Below, in pieces: positions 41,399 to 56,580 of a DNA stretch of 64,000 nt; the first letter of the stretch is position 1, and each line of letters begins with the position of its first letter. The translations under genes were made by a program, and so were the position numbers. Below the pieces are notes generated by a model. It had not been told where the DNA came from. It saw nothing but the letters and a program-made list of their open reading frames with translations, and ran no database searches. Source of the stretch: Geosiphon pyriformis uo1 (taxonomy: Eukaryota; Fungi; Glomeromycota); NCBI GenBank assembly GCA_016748015.1, contig JAAOMT010000512.1, forward strand, positions 124,001 to 188,000, in the 5' to 3' direction.

Positions 41399-42948
41399 AT
41401 GGAAAACCTTGAAATTAAAAGAACTCGTCCAGAAGCTCATGATTGCAGCCTGTGTTATGCATGTCAAGAAAGCATTCAAAATAATCGGTACAACTATTGT
41501 AGAGCATGCTGGTTCATATTTATTGAGAAACTTTACAAGAACTTTTCAAGCGGCAATAAAGCAGTTGATGAAATAATTAAGAATCCAATCTATATTCCAC
41601 CTAACAATAATGAAACTGATCCCTATTATAAAAATGGTAGAGTAGTATATTACTCTTGGGTTCGATGGGAGGATTTAAAGAATATAAGCAAAATTGGTGA
41701 AGGAGGGTTCGGTACAATTTTTAAAGCAACCTATATCGATGGATTTATTGATAAACGTAGTATAAAACATCATGATAAAATGGAATGTAAGAAAAGGGGG
41801 AAAGCGGAAGTAGCGATAAAATTTATAAATACATCTTTGCAGAACAGTGAAGAACTCTTTAAAGAGGTAATCAACTTATTATTTTAAAGGTTCAATTCCT
41901 ATTTAGCTAATTTAATTAACTGTTTATCTTTTTTTCAATTTTGATAGTTGAATATTCAAAGAACTATATTTATTAATAACGGTGAATACTTAGCTAATAT
42001 ATCTTCAATAAGAGGAATTACACAAAACGCTGAAACACTCGAGTATGGGATTGTGATGATGTTTGCCAAACATGGAGACATGCGGAATTATTTGTCAAAA
42101 AATTTATATTCAATCAATTGGGAGAAAAAATTAATGATCGCGGGGCATATAGCTAATGGACTTATTTCAATTCATTCTGCTGGTATGGTTCATCGTGACC
42201 TACACCCGGGCAACATGCTACAATTTGAAAAAGATTTAGTATATATTGGAGATCTCGGATTAAGTCAACCTACAACAGAAACACTCAAAAATGAAATGAC
42301 AACAACAACAGAGGAGAAAAAAGGAATATATGGAGTAATTCCGTACATTCCACCAGAGGTTTTAAGAGGAGAAGAGTTTACAATGGCTGGCGATATTTAT
42401 AGCTTTGCCATGTTATTATGGGAATTGGCAACAGGAAAACCTCCATTTTATGAACGTCTTCATGATAATACTCTCATATTCAATATTGTTTTTAAGGGTA
42501 TTAGACCTAATATTATCTCTCCCCTTATTCCACCTCGTATTGCCGAACTTATTGAAAAATGTTGGGACGCTAATCCATTAAATCGTCCCACTGCCAAAGA
42601 AGTTAAAAAGAACTTGTGGGAACTTATAGATTTGTATAGGAATGATGAGGGACCTGAGAGATTACAGTTTGAAGAATCAGAAAAGTACATAAAAGATGAC
42701 GACGAGGCGATAAAAACTTCAACGATGCCAATTAATCTAAAAGGAATTTATACAAGCCGTCTTTTAACTTCACAAATAAACGAAAAATCAAAAGGTTAGT
42801 TTACCAAATTTACAAGTAGTAAACTTTTTATTTAATTAATTGATTAATATAATTTTATTTGATATTACTTTTCAATAATATTTTTAAAACAGAACTCATC
42901 TATCTCCCAGAACTGTTAGAGGATTTACATTTCGAAGACTCTTTATAA
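41399..42948 (+). CDS. Tyrosine-kinase-like protein kinase of the Glomeromycotina-expanded type, 3 exons
   Basis: Exons 41399-41866, 41948-42794 and 42893-42948. Motifs: IGEGGFG, VAIK, HRDLHPGN, DLG (DFG variant), GVIPYIPPE, DIYSF, CWD...RPTA. N-terminal CxxC pairs and FSSGNKAVDEII. Confidence 0.92.
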
Positions 42949-43744
42949 TAGATCTATTCTCAATCTTAAACTTGAAAATGAATAATTTAAAGTTAAAATG
43001 GCTTTTAGCTGCTGTTAAAGCACCATTTTTAGCTTTAAATAAGAGTTTTTTTTATTTAGGGTTTTTTTTAAGCAACCAATTAAGACCAGTTCTAATATAA
43101 TTGCTATTATTATAAAAAGTTTTAAGATTCTTAACAGCAAACTGGTAATAAAACTACTTTTTTTTTTTGTAATTTTTTTATATTTGTTTAAATAATCAAA
43201 AAAAATCAAAAGACCAGTTTTTAAACAAATAAATTAATTTTTTGTAAAATATTAAAAACTATAAAACAATAAAACAATAATTTTTTTTCGAAATTTTTTT
43301 CTTTTTGGGGAATTTTGAAAAAAAGTTTATTTTATTTTTATTATTATTAAACTATTTACATTATATTTTCTTTTAATTTTTATTGAATTTTTAATAAAAT
43401 TATTTAAAATCTTATCAAGAATTTTTGTTTTTTAACAATAATAAATTTTTTACTTATATTTAAAAAAAAAAATTTTTAATAAATAACAAAAATTAATCAG
43501 TTTAATAAATTTTATTAAACAAAACAGTTTTTATAGTTAAAATTTTATGATTTTGCTTAAAATAAATTTATTATTAAATATATACAAAATTTACAATAAA
43601 TAAAACAGTACAAAAATTCCAAAAAACTTTTTTTTTTGTTGATTTTTTGGTTACAATAAAAACATAGAATATTTATAAAAAATAGTCTTTCTTATTCCCT
43701 TTTTTTTTTATTTTTTAGTTATTTTTTTTAATACACTTTTGTTT

Positions 43745-44357
43745 ATGACTATAAAATTAATGAGTTTTTTTGCTAATAAGTCTAATTTTGGTTTAATTGA
43801 TTTGAGAATTTAGTCTAATATTAAAAACAAGTGTTTTAAGAATGTTTACTTTTGTAATGTGTCTTATAAGAAAATAAAAAAGTCTGTTGTTAATAACAAA
43901 ATTATTGAGTTGTTTGCTAGCTTTCTGGTTATTAATAATATAGAAATTGATAATGTTGTGTTTGTAAGATTTTAAAACATTAAAATTAACAATATAATAA
44001 ATATTATTAATAAAATTTTGAATATTAAAAATATAAAGAACATATTTGCTAAGAAATTAATTATGCAGATTTGAATTCAAAAATAAATAATATAATAAAT
44101 AAAAATATGCTTAAAAAAATATATACTAAAGCATATGTTTTGAATAATAAGCCAAAAAACTTTTTTTTTGATAATTTAAATAATAATAATAATAATATTT
44201 TAACATTTTTGAATTTTAAGTTTATTGGTTCTAAACAGTTATTATTGGCCGAATTATATGTTTTAAATAAACAGAATTTTAATATAGTAAAATTTTTTGC
44301 ATTAAATATTGAGCTTTCTGCTATATTTAAAAAAACTTCTAATAATAAGTTAATATT
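43745..44357 (+). mobile_element. 5' fragment of a degenerate LINE ORF1, cut by the LTR insertion
   Basis: ATG at 43745 follows a T-rich leader. The degraded translation ends KFFALNIELSAIFKKTSNNKLI, resembling glomeromycotan LINE ORF1 N-termini as I recall them (not searched). Confidence 0.5.
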
Positions 44358-45948
44358 ATTATTCATAAAAAAAAATACAAAAAAGAAATAGAAAAACAGT
44401 ATTTAATATGTAAACATATTTTCAAAAATATGCATATTTGCAAAAAATAAGCATATTTTCAGAAAATTATAGCATATTGCTTAAAAACAAGCACAATTCT
44501 AGAAAGTAATATAGAAAAAAATAAAAAGATATAAGATCTTATATAACAAAAATTAAGTATATATAACAGTAGTATTAAAAATAAAAAAAAGTACTTAAAC
44601 AAGTTTTTAATTAATTAATAATAAATATTTATAATATATTTTTCTTTTCAAAAAATAGTTTTCTATATCTTAAAATAAATTATTTAAATATTAAATAAAA
44701 TCATCATTTTATTATCCAATTTATGTTATTTTTTTTATTAAATTAAAATTATTATTCTTTAATTTCATTAGCAATTCATTCTAATAATATCTACTATTTA
44801 ATTATATTAAACCAATAGCTTTTGATTATAACAATTAATAGAATATTAAACTTTTATTTATTTATTTATTTGTTTGTTTTATTTTATTTTATTTTTTTGT
44901 TGTTTACTAATTAATTAAAAAATTAAATACTAAGATATTAACATCAAAGATAGTCTGATAAAAACCTATAAAACAAAAGTAAAAACTTAAGGATAGTTTA
45001 TCAAAAAAACACAACTACCAAATTAAATTAGCTTTTATGTTAAAAAAAATTCAGAAAAACAACTACCAAATAAATCTCTGTTTATTATACAAAAAACTAA
45101 ACCAAAATCTTCAGATCTCAAAATCTTTAGAAGTTATTAGCATAATTAGCTATTAAGTACCAAATTACGAATTTATTATTTATTTTAACATCTCAAATAA
45201 TCATCTGTAATATTTGGTGCTCTTTGTAAAATATAATTTAACAGAAAACAAGCACTAGTATTAACTATCTAAAAAAGTAACAAACCAAAAAATAATAATA
45301 AAAAATTACTTAAAATTTACAAAATTCTTATTTCAATATTACCAAACTCATTTGGAACTAACAAGTAATTATTGACTATTAGAATCAGTTCTCAACTTTT
45401 ATATTAACAAAAAAATTATATGCTATTTGGAAAAACAAAAAGATTCAAACACTATTATTAAAAATTTCTATAACAAGTTACTATAATATACTAGTTTTTC
45501 ATAAAATTTTAGTTTTGTTTTAATAATTATAGAGATAAATCATAAAATTAAAGAATACACCAAACAGAAATTTTTTATTATTTTTATTAACAAAAAAAAA
45601 AAAGTTACAAATCTCAACAGAAACTTCAAAGAAGATACAACTGCTTATCTGAAAAAAACCAAGAATTGTTTTGTTTATTAACTTATTATATTATTATATA
45701 TTCAAAAATACTATTAACATATTATCCAAATTTGTATCATTGTTAATTATAAAAACACCTATAACTTAAGTTCTATTTTAAAACAATCAAAAAAAATTAT
45801 AATTATTGAAAACTTATGATGATTACTTTAAAGAATTAAAATTATAATCAATAATGCTATTAGAACTTTAATTACTGTTATCTTAACCTAATTTCAGATT
45901 TACCAATAATTAGATAGATATTGAATTGAAAAAAAAAGTAATAATTAA
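44358..45948 (+). mobile_element. Gypsy element 1: degraded 5' LTR (~44358-45212), PBS and start of gag
   Basis: The LTR end tgtaata is followed by tt-TGGTGCTCT at 45215. The sequence is colinear with 45949-48660 (ignoring the solo LTR) and stops where the LTR of element 2 starts. Confidence 0.7.
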
Positions 45949-48900
45949 TGTTATTTATAAAAAAAATAAAAAAAAATAAAAAAAACAGATTAAAAGAATA
46001 GACCAATAGAAAAATATAATTTAACATGTAAGCATATTTTCAGGAATGTGCATATTTGTAAAGAATAAGCACATTGTTACCCAAGTAGAAAAACCAATCC
46101 AAAGTTATGGAGAAAATGTGACCAAAAACGTGATAATATAAAATAACACAGAATAACATGAAAAAACACAAAATAACGTATAATAACATAGAATAATGTG
46201 TTATAACATAATATAATGAGTAATAACATAGAATAATGTGTTATAATATAGTATAATTAGTAATAACATAGAAGAATGAAGTGATAACAAAAATAGTGAA
46301 GCAATAACTAGCAAGAACAAAACAATTAAAAAGCAATCCTGTAGAACAAAAAAATATATAAAAATGAGTAATTGTAGAAATTAAAAAGAAAAAAAAAATC
46401 AAATTTTTAAGAGTTAATTAGGCTTTTAGAGTCAATTAGACTCACAAATCATAATTATTAAATACTTTTCCTTTCAAAAATAATTACTATTAATTAAAAT
46501 AGAATTATATCAATAAAATATCTCTTTAATTCTTCAAATCCATGTTATTATCCACTATTTAATCTGCTGACACAATAGCTCTTAATTATGGCTATTAACA
46601 GAACACTTATTTCTTATTTTTATTTTCTTTATTTCTTTATTTTCTTTTATTTTCTTTTATTTTTTTTATTTTCTCTTGTAGAGTAGCAACATAAAAAAAT
46701 TGGCTGTCTAAAAATAGACTTCATGATAGTCTGGTAAAAGAGAAAGACTCCTCCTAAGTTTGGATATTAACATTATCTTGATAGCTTACCAAAAGGGCAA
46801 AAAAACATGGCCAGACTCTAATGACTGTGCTTGTTAGCTCAAAGAAGATAGCTTACATTGATAAAAAGTTGTAATTAGTAAAAACCAAATCTCTGTGCCT
46901 TATAATCAAAGAACTTAACAGATAAATACACAATCAGTAGATAAGATCTTCAAAGACTGATAATTAAAACTAAGTTAACAGAATTATGTAAAACATGTAT
47001 TATTAATAATTAAGAGCACCAAATATTACTATTTCTCTAACCTACCAAGTTTACTCATAACAACATTTTTAAAAAATTAAGACATATTGTTTAAGAATAA
47101 GCATATTTACAAAGAATAAACATATTTTCAAAAAATCATGACATATTGCTTAAGAATAAGTACAGTTTTAGAAAGTAGTATAAAAAAAAGTAAAAATATA
47201 TAAGATCTTATATAATGAGAATTATATATATAACAGTACTATTAGAAATAAGAAAAAAATAATTCCATTCATCTTTTTGGTTTCAATACAATTTACTTAA
47301 CTTATATTTAAACAAGTTCTTAATTAGTTAACAATAAATCTTTATAATATACTTTTTTCTTTAAAAAATAGTATTCTATATTTTAAAGTGGAATTATTTA
47401 AATATTAAATAAAATCATTATTTTATTATTCAATTTGTGTTATTTTCTTTATAGAATTAACATCTTTATTCTCTGACTTTATTAGCAATTCATGCTAATA
47501 ATATTCACTACTTAATAATATTAAACCAATAGTTCTTAATTACAGCTATTAATAAGATACTAATTTTTTATTTATTTTATTTATTTATTTTATTTTTATT
47601 TTTTGTTGTTTACTAATTGATTAAAAGATTAAGTATTAAGATATTAATATTAAAGATAGCCTGATAAAAAATTTGTAAAACAAGAATAATAAACTCAAAA
47701 AAAACAATAGCTTATCAAAAGAGCATAACTGTTAAATTAAACTGGTTATTACACCAAAGAAAAAAATTCATAAAAGAAATCATCATTTGAATTTCTGTTT
47801 ATTATACAAAAAACTTTACCAATCTTTTTAGATTCCAAAAACTTTTAAAATTTAACATTATAATTAAATATTAAATACCAAGTTACAGATTTGTTATTTA
47901 GTCCAACACTTCAAATAATTACCTGTAATATTTGGTGTTTTTTGTAAGATATAATTTAGCAGAAAACAAAATACTATTATTAATTATCCAAAAAAGTGGC
48001 AAACTCAGAAATTATTGAAGCAAATTATTTGGAATTTGCAAAATTTTTATTCTAACAATATTAATAACAGTTAAGATTAATTAACAATTATTTTTTAGCA
48101 AAATCAGTCTTTAATTTCTATGTTAACAAAAAAATTATATATTTTTTAGAAAAACAAGCAGATTCTAAATTAACAAAAAAAAATTTTTACAACAAATTAT
48201 TTTAACATATTAGCTTATCACAGAATTACAATTTATTACAATTATTATCAAAATAAATTGTAAAATTAAAAGATATACTCAGCAAAAATTTTTAATTATA
48301 TTTATAGACAAAGACAAAAACAAGATACAAATATTAATGAGTATATTTAAACTAATACAACTATCTAACTAAAGTTATTTTTCTATTATATTTATTATAT
48401 TATTATATACCAGAAAGTACTATTAACATACTATCAGAATTTGCATTATTATCAATAGTAAAATCAATTATTACAAAAGTCTTATTTCAAAGTATTCAAA
48501 AAAATTTAAACTGCTAAGAATCTATGACAATTATTTTGAAAAATTTAAATTATGACCAACAATATTATTAAAACTTTAATTACTGTTACTTTAACCTAAT
48601 TTTGAATTTACTAATAATTAGACAGATACTAATTCAGAAAAAAAAGAAAACAGTAATTAGAAAAATAATAAGCAAAACTTGATTTTAAATAAACTGAAAA
48701 TACAAACTCTGATTGTTCAAATTTAATAAAACCTAAACAATCCAAATCCTATTTTTATTATTCAACAAAATATATCTTTAATTGTTAAGATCAATTCACT
48801 ACTGATTGTATTAATAATTATCTGTTAACAATCACAACAATAACTATTCATATCAATAGCATATGTATTAATTGCCAAATTAAAAAAATTAATTAGTAAA

Positions 48901-51900
48901 AAAGACAATACCCAAACCTAACTAAACAATATTACAAAAACCATTACAACTAACAGTTAAAATAACACTAAAGCTCTTCAAGCAATTTTATACTTTCTAT
49001 AAAATATTATTAACTCATGATATTAGAGTTTTATAAATAAATCTAATAATTTTAATGTATTCAAAACTGCATTTCTATAGTATTTTAGTAATTATAATAG
49101 CATTAGCCACTTATTAATTAACTTTACCATTCTTAAACAAAACAATACTGAAGCAATTACAACTTATTTAAAATGCTTCTACAAGAATTTACACCAAATT
49201 TAAACAATTAACACTGATTATTTTATAGTATTTCAGATTTTAAATTAGTTTATTTGCAAATTATACAGCCATTTCTTGTAAAAAATATGCTTATTATATC
49301 TAATTATTCTACAAAATACAGTAATTTATGCCAGAGATTTTGAATTAGTTAAGCTTAAAGTCAATTATTCTCAAGTTATTAATCTAGAAATAAACAAATC
49401 ATCTAAATTGGATTTGAAATTAAAACAGTTTAGTAAATCTATTAATCAAAAATTAAAGAAATATTTAACTAACAATCAGGCAATTTATTAGTCTTCTTAA
49501 TGTTATAACAATTAAGAAAACTTTAATCAATTTTAAAATCAGTTATGTTTATTATTATTATCAATATTAGCAAATTAATTATGACAACAAAAAATACATA
49601 ATTGTTATTATTGTAATAAACAAGACTATCTAAAAGCAAATTGCCATTTCAAATTTAATAATCTATGATTGAAAAATCAATACCAAAATTCTAATTACAG
49701 ATTTTAAACTCCAAACTATGTTAACAATTCAGCAACAAAATAATATTAATATCAATTCTATTATACACAAATAATATAACAACCAATATATCTATCTTTA
49801 ATCTACTAAGTCCTAATACCAATAATTTATTAAACACTACAGCCATAAGTAATTTATTAACTTCAGCAAATTTAAATGCTGCTCCAAAATTCAATTCAAA
49901 TATCTACTAAAAACCAAAGACTAAAAATTACATATACTTAACAAAATTAAAGATTAACAATAATAATATATCAATTAATTACCAGTTTATTAAACTAATT
50001 ATTAAGATTATACCAGTGGAGTTTAAAAAATGGATACACCCAAAATTCGAATTCCCAGAGCTATTTAAGTCTCTTAGTTATTTCAGAAAATATCTAATTT
50101 AACAACTTAAAAAAACTAAAACCACAATTTATTAACAATATTTTATTAGCAATTATTACTAAAAATAAATTACTTATTATTATATTTTTTTTTAAGCTAA
50201 AAAACCAAATTAAAATCTCATTATTTAGTAGAACTACTCTTAACACTAAATTAATTACTACTATATATATTAATACCAAAGTTGATAACCAATCTATTAA
50301 ACTAATTTTTAATAATAATTCAACAAGCAGTATTATTACATAAAAACTTATAAACTAATTAAATTGCCAAGTTAATTAAGCTATTAGCACTAGAATTATT
50401 ACTGCTAATAAAGTAATAAAAACTTTTATTAGCAAAATTGACAATTTTTTTTTTAAATTTAATAACCATTATTGTGTCAATCAAAGTTTTAATTATAGAA
50501 ACTATGTAATACCAAGCTTTAATTAATAACTAGCTGTTTAACACCAATATTGTGCTTAACTAAAACACCCAAAAACTCCAATTAATATATGCTAAACAGC
50601 ATAATTAGGTTTTAATTATTTGTGACTACTTCAAAACAACCACTACTATTTAATTATTATCACTGATTAAATTTAAAAAAAAAAGAAAAAACCTATTTGA
50701 AAAGCATATCAAGTATTATAAGCCAAAGAAAAATACAATAAACTGCTATTAATACTTATCTGAAAAAAAAAACAAAAAACAAAAAAACAAATTTTAAGCC
50801 ACCATCTTTACAAATAAGTTAATCAACAGTTGATATGTTCTATATTTAACACTAGTACCAAAAAAACACCTATCTTATATTCTACTTAAGTATATAGATT
50901 GCAATAAAAAGCTTTTATTTATAAGAGTTCACATATTATTTAAGAAAAAATATGAAATATACATCTGTTATTACTACAAAATCTGTTATTGAAAGTGATT
51001 TAAATGGCCAAAATGACAAAAAAAATAAGACAATAAACTTTGTTTAATCTGTGAAAAAACTTTATTTGATAAAAAAATATAAAATAATATTCTTAATTGA
51101 TGAAAAATATACAACAAATTATGTTAATACACAATTTTTATTAGCAATTGGATAAACAAAAGAATATTTTTTAATGCTGTATAAAATAGAGCACTCTTAT
51201 GCTTAGATAGTTATTCACATAATAAAGACGAAATTTGAAAAATGGCAAATGTCAAAGTCAAAAATACTTTATTTAATAAAATACTAATAATTAAAAACAA
51301 CTTACCAAAACTCATTAAAACCATTTTTATTCTAAATTCAAACATTTTTGTTAACATTATAAATAATCTAAAACAATTTTATGAACATTACTAAGATATA
51401 GCATCTATACAAAAAAAACAAAAGCAGTATTTGGAACAATTAAATACTAAATTTTGTAAATATTGTCTAATTTTTAGTAATTTTAAATATTGTAATAATT
51501 ATGATCTTATTTACAATCCATTATTATGTATAATTTATTCAATTTCTGAAAAAAAAAACCAATTAACAAGTACATCTTGAAATCAGAATTGAAATTTAAT
51601 TATAATTCAAACTTTAACAATAATAACAATAATAGTTCTAACACTATTTATAATAACAATAACAGCAATAATAATTCAAATTTCAATTTCAATTTTAAAC
51701 AATATATTACACTTTCAGATCTTTTAAAAAAACAAAAACTTAAATGGTTCAGCAATAATAATAAAAGTATTATATTAGAATACATGCATAATATTGTTGT
51801 AAAGTTTAATCTTAAATATTTTAAAAAAGCTGCTATCAAATTAAAACTCTATTTATGAATTAGTATAGATTTAAAAATAGCATTAAAAATTTCAGCAACA

Positions 51901-54900
51901 ATAATAATCTAATTAGCATTCAAATCTAGTTTAGTAAAGAAAAAAATCTGTATTAAGAAAGAAATAATTAATGCAAAATATATAGAAAATATTATTGTAA
52001 TACTACAAAATAAATTAAAAAAAGCTTATACTATTAAACCAAATAAAAAGATAATACAAACAATATTTTTACTTTTAATTAAGATAACTTAATTAGTATT
52101 AATAGAAACAAAAAAAAAGTTAGGAATAACAGCAAAAAAAATAAATAAGTTTAAATCAACAAAAAAAATAGAGTTACTAGTTAACATGACAAAAGAAAAA
52201 ATAATTAACTAGAAAAAAATTATCTCTACTTATCAATTAATTTCTATTTTATTATATGACTAGTATATATTAACTATTAAGAAGAAAATAAAAAATTAAC
52301 TTCAGATTTTTAAAATAGAATCTACCAATTTTAAATAAAAAAAATTGCCATTACCAATTTATATATACTAGTCAAAAACCATAAACACATCAAAATTCTA
52401 ATATACAATACAACTAGAAATCTAATAGAAATACCAAGCAAAATCATTATTAAATACTTAAATGCTAAAGTTAAAAATTAAGTACCAATCACCATTCCAG
52501 ATTTTTTACAACTTTGTAAATATATAAACATTATATTACAAATTATTTATAAACAAAAAGAATACTATTTGCTATAGCCAAAACAGCTAAAATAAATAAA
52601 CTTGAAAAATCTAAATTTACTCAAAAAAATACAACTTAAGCTGTTACTTAACAACTTTAATAATATCTTTGTCAATAAAAATAAATTTGGTAGAACAGAT
52701 ATTATTAAATACTAGATCAAAACTAAAGATATTATGTTAATTAAGCAAAAAACATATTGAGTATTATCTGCTAATTATGAGATTATTTGGCAAAAAATCA
52801 ACCATATATTAAACAATGAGTTAATTCAACCATTAATAATCTATAGTTATTATTAATAGTACTTATCCAAAAAAATAAAAAAATTTGCTTTTGTGTAAAT
52901 TACAAAAAATTTAACAGCATTACATATAAAAACAACTATCTAATTTCATAAATTTAAAAATTATTCAATGTTTTTAGAAGAAAAAAATAGTTTTCAATAT
53001 TAAACTTAGATAGTAATTACTGACAAATAGTCATAAATTCTATTGACAAAAAGAAAATAGTATTTATTACAAGAAAAAAATACTTTGAATTTAATATTAT
53101 GTCTTTTGGCTTAAACAATATTTCAGCCATTTTTTAACAATTAATAAAAATTGTTTATACTGGATTGCTATAAAAATTAGTAATAGTTTATTTGAATAAT
53201 ACCAATGTGTTTTCCAAAACATTTAATGATTATTTCTACTATTTTTAACAAGTGTTTAAAAGATTGAAAAGAACAGAATTGAAATTAAATACTATTAAAT
53301 ATTTTTTTAAAAAAACAAAACTCAAGTTTTTAGAACATATTATTGGTAAAAATAGCATTAAAATAGATTCAAATAAGATTGAAATAGTTAAGAACTTTTT
53401 AGTACTTATTAATCTTATTGAACTTTAATTATTTCTAAGATTATTGAATATTTTTAATAATTTATTCGCAACTTTTCTAAATTGGCTCAATTATTTTACT
53501 AACTTCAAACAAAAAACACTAAATATAAATAAACAAAAAAGCAGCAAGAAACTTTTAATATATTATGAAAAAAACTTATTTAAGTTCTAATGTTGATTTA
53601 CTCAAATTACAGCAAAATATTTATTATTACAGATATATCTAATCAAACATTAAAAGCAGTATTATCACAAAAAAGATCAGATAAATAAAAACATTTAGTA
53701 ATATATGTTAGCTAAAATTTGAGTTCAACAGAAAAAAACTATAAAATTTTAGTATTAAAACATTTGGTTATTTATTAAACTATTATCAAATAAAAAAATA
53801 TTTAAGTTAAAAATGAGATATATATACTAATCACAAAAAATTAACATTAATTCAGAAACAAAAATTTAAAAATAATTGTCATGCATAATAAAAAATAGAA
53901 TTATTACTATTTTAATATACAGTACACTATAAAAAAATATATATTAATGGTTTATTATACATAAAACAAATCTAAAACATTTTAACCAGAAAAATAAGTT
54001 AAAAAATAAATACACAAAAATATTAACAACTTTAATATTATATTAATATCCAATAATTCAAGAAAAATTATCTTAAAAAAAACAAAACAACATAAAATAA
54101 CAATTAAAATACTTTATTATTTACTAAGATATATTATATTAGAAAAACAGAAAAAAACCAAATCAGTTATTCAAAATCATTATAGAATCAGAAAAAAAAC
54201 AATACTATTTAACATATATTTAGATTCAATAATAAAACACTTTTATAAAGAAGTTACTATAGAAAAAACCAAAAAAAAATATTATTGGTCATTAATATAT
54301 TCAAATATCATTTAATATATTTAAAAATATAATACTTATTAGAAAAAAGAAAAAACAAAATCCAGTAAACTATTAAAACCAATTATAGTAAAACAATTAT
54401 TTAATCAAATTGAAATTAACTTAATTAAACTATTAACAATAATTAGTAGAGACAACTAATACATAATAATTGCTATAAATTATCTTATAAAATAGCCAGA
54501 AGATAAAGCCATTCAATAAGTAAATGCAGAATTTATAGCTAAATTTATATATCAAAATTTAATTATTAATATAAATGTTTAAAAAAATTGTTGTCAAACC
54601 AAAAAACTTATTTTGTAAACAGAATATTAACAGAATTGAATCAAAAATTTAGAATTAAAAAACTATTATTATCTTTATATTATTCATAAATCAATAACTT
54701 AATCAAAAGATTTAATAGAATATTATGTAAAGCAATAGTTAAAATCAGTCAAAAAAACCAAAACAAATAAGTTTTGTTTATATAATTAATATTATTTGCT
54801 TATTGAACAATAAAGCAAAATATTACACAAGCCATATTATTCGAGTTAATTTATAATAAAATAATAATATTATCAGTAAAAATAAATATTTACATATATC

Positions 54901-56580
54901 TAATAAAATTAATAATAAGAGTTAATCTTTAAGAAATATTGTTACAAAGAACATATAACTTAATAGAAACTCTAGAAAACAAAAGAAAAAAAGCAGCTAA
55001 TAATATATAAAAATTATAAAAAAAGCAAAAAATAATAATATGATAGCCAACTACCAGATAAATCAATTGAATTCAAGATTAAAAACAAAGTATTTTTATA
55101 TCATATTAAAGCAGAAAAACAATGAAATAGAAAATTTGATTTTAAATAAAACAGTCTATTTTATATTAAAAAAATTCTGAAAAACAAAGCATATAAGTTA
55201 AGATAAAACAACAAAATTTTAATTAAAGCAATATATAATAATTAATTAAAATCATATTACAATATAATATTATTATTTATTAATAATATTCTACAATTGG
55301 AAGTACAAAAAATACTAATCAAACCAGATAAAATTTTATAGATCTAAAACTAATTATATTTATTAAATCAAACATGTTAATTTAATTTATTAAAACAATA
55401 TATAAAAAACCAGCACATATAACAAAAACAACAAAAAAAAGATAGAAATTCCAAACCACATTTACATAATCGTTTTAAACAATAAATTAATAACAATTAA
55501 ACATAGAAATAACTGTTAATTATCAAATTATTTATTATAAAAACACCAAACAAAAAAAGAAAAAAAACTATATTATATTAATAATAAGCAAGTAATAGTA
55601 TAAACAAAATTAAAAAAAGAGTAAAAAAAACAAATAAAAAACTCTCAATAGTTGTTTAATCTGGAAAAATAACAAAAAAAATTAGGATTAATAAATAGAA
55701 TAATTTTTAATTTTATACTATTATTAATATTTAGAACAAAAACTAATGATTTAAAACTTGTATATACATTAAACCAAAAGAGTATTTGATTAAAAATTAT
55801 TTACTAAATCAAAAACTTTATCAGAAAGAATCCAATTTGGATATCTATATAAAAATTATATACTAGATCTATATTATTTTTCAGAACTGTCTAAAAATAT
55901 TATTACAATTAAAAATAAGCATTATATTAATTAATTAATAAGGAAAAATGACAAATTAGCAATTTAAAAAACTTAAAGAAAAAGTATTGACAATAATTTT
56001 AAAGAAAAAAGTTATAGAATTATTACAAAAAATAATTTTAAAAAATTTTAACAGAGCTCAATATTAAAAAAAGAAGATAATATTACATTCAAGAAAAAAT
56101 AATAATAATAGATAAATAATAAAAAATAAAATACATAACATTAAAATAGTCAATTAAAATAAAAGAAAAAAAAAAAATTTCAAAAAATTTAAGATTTAAA
56201 TTTTTTAGTAATGTTAATAAGAATAAAAAGATTTTTATATAATAAAAATTATATATATATAGCAGTAGTATTAAAAGTGAAAAAAAAAACAAGTTTTTAA
56301 AGACAAACAAATAGTTAAGAATATCTTTTTCTTTAAAAAATAGTTTTTTATATCTTAAAACAGAATTATATTTTTATTAATAAAATACTTATTTACTATC
56401 TAATTTATGTTATTATTAATTAATTAAAAATATTAATTATTTTTACATTATTAACAACTTATGTTGATAAAATTTAATACTTAATCATATTAGAACAATA
56501 GCTTTTAATTATAACTATTAACAAAATATTAATTTTTTATTTTTATTTTTATTTTTTTTATTTGTTTTTATGTTGTGTAC
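45949..56580 (+). mobile_element. Gypsy element 2: hypermutated relic (LTR 45949-47930, gag, PR, Cys-rich domain, dUTPase, RT, RNase H, IN, partial 3' LTR from 56081)
   Basis: Degraded but ordered motifs: gag QILN.FI (~49240), knuckle CYYC...ANC (~49603), PR LI.NN.ST.SIIT (~50300), dUTPase KWFSNNNK (~51740), RT FGRTDIIK...FNIMSFGLNN (52690-53120) and IN (54200-55250). A purine tract precedes tattac at 56081. Confidence 0.85.
46075..47062 (+). mobile_element. Solo LTR (988 bp) inserted in the 5' LTR of element 2, TSD ACAT
   Basis: Termini TGTTAC...ATAACA. ACAT at 46071-46074 and 47063-47066, and the host LTR repeat resumes on both sides. Internal tandem repeats at 46140-46290. Confidence 0.85.

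Noticed and set aside
46140-46290. Spaced tandem repeats resembling a CRISPR array (also 56800-56915 and 44410-44500)
   Set aside because: Short degenerate repeats inside LTR U3 regions, with no unique spacers and no cas genes, in a eukaryotic context.
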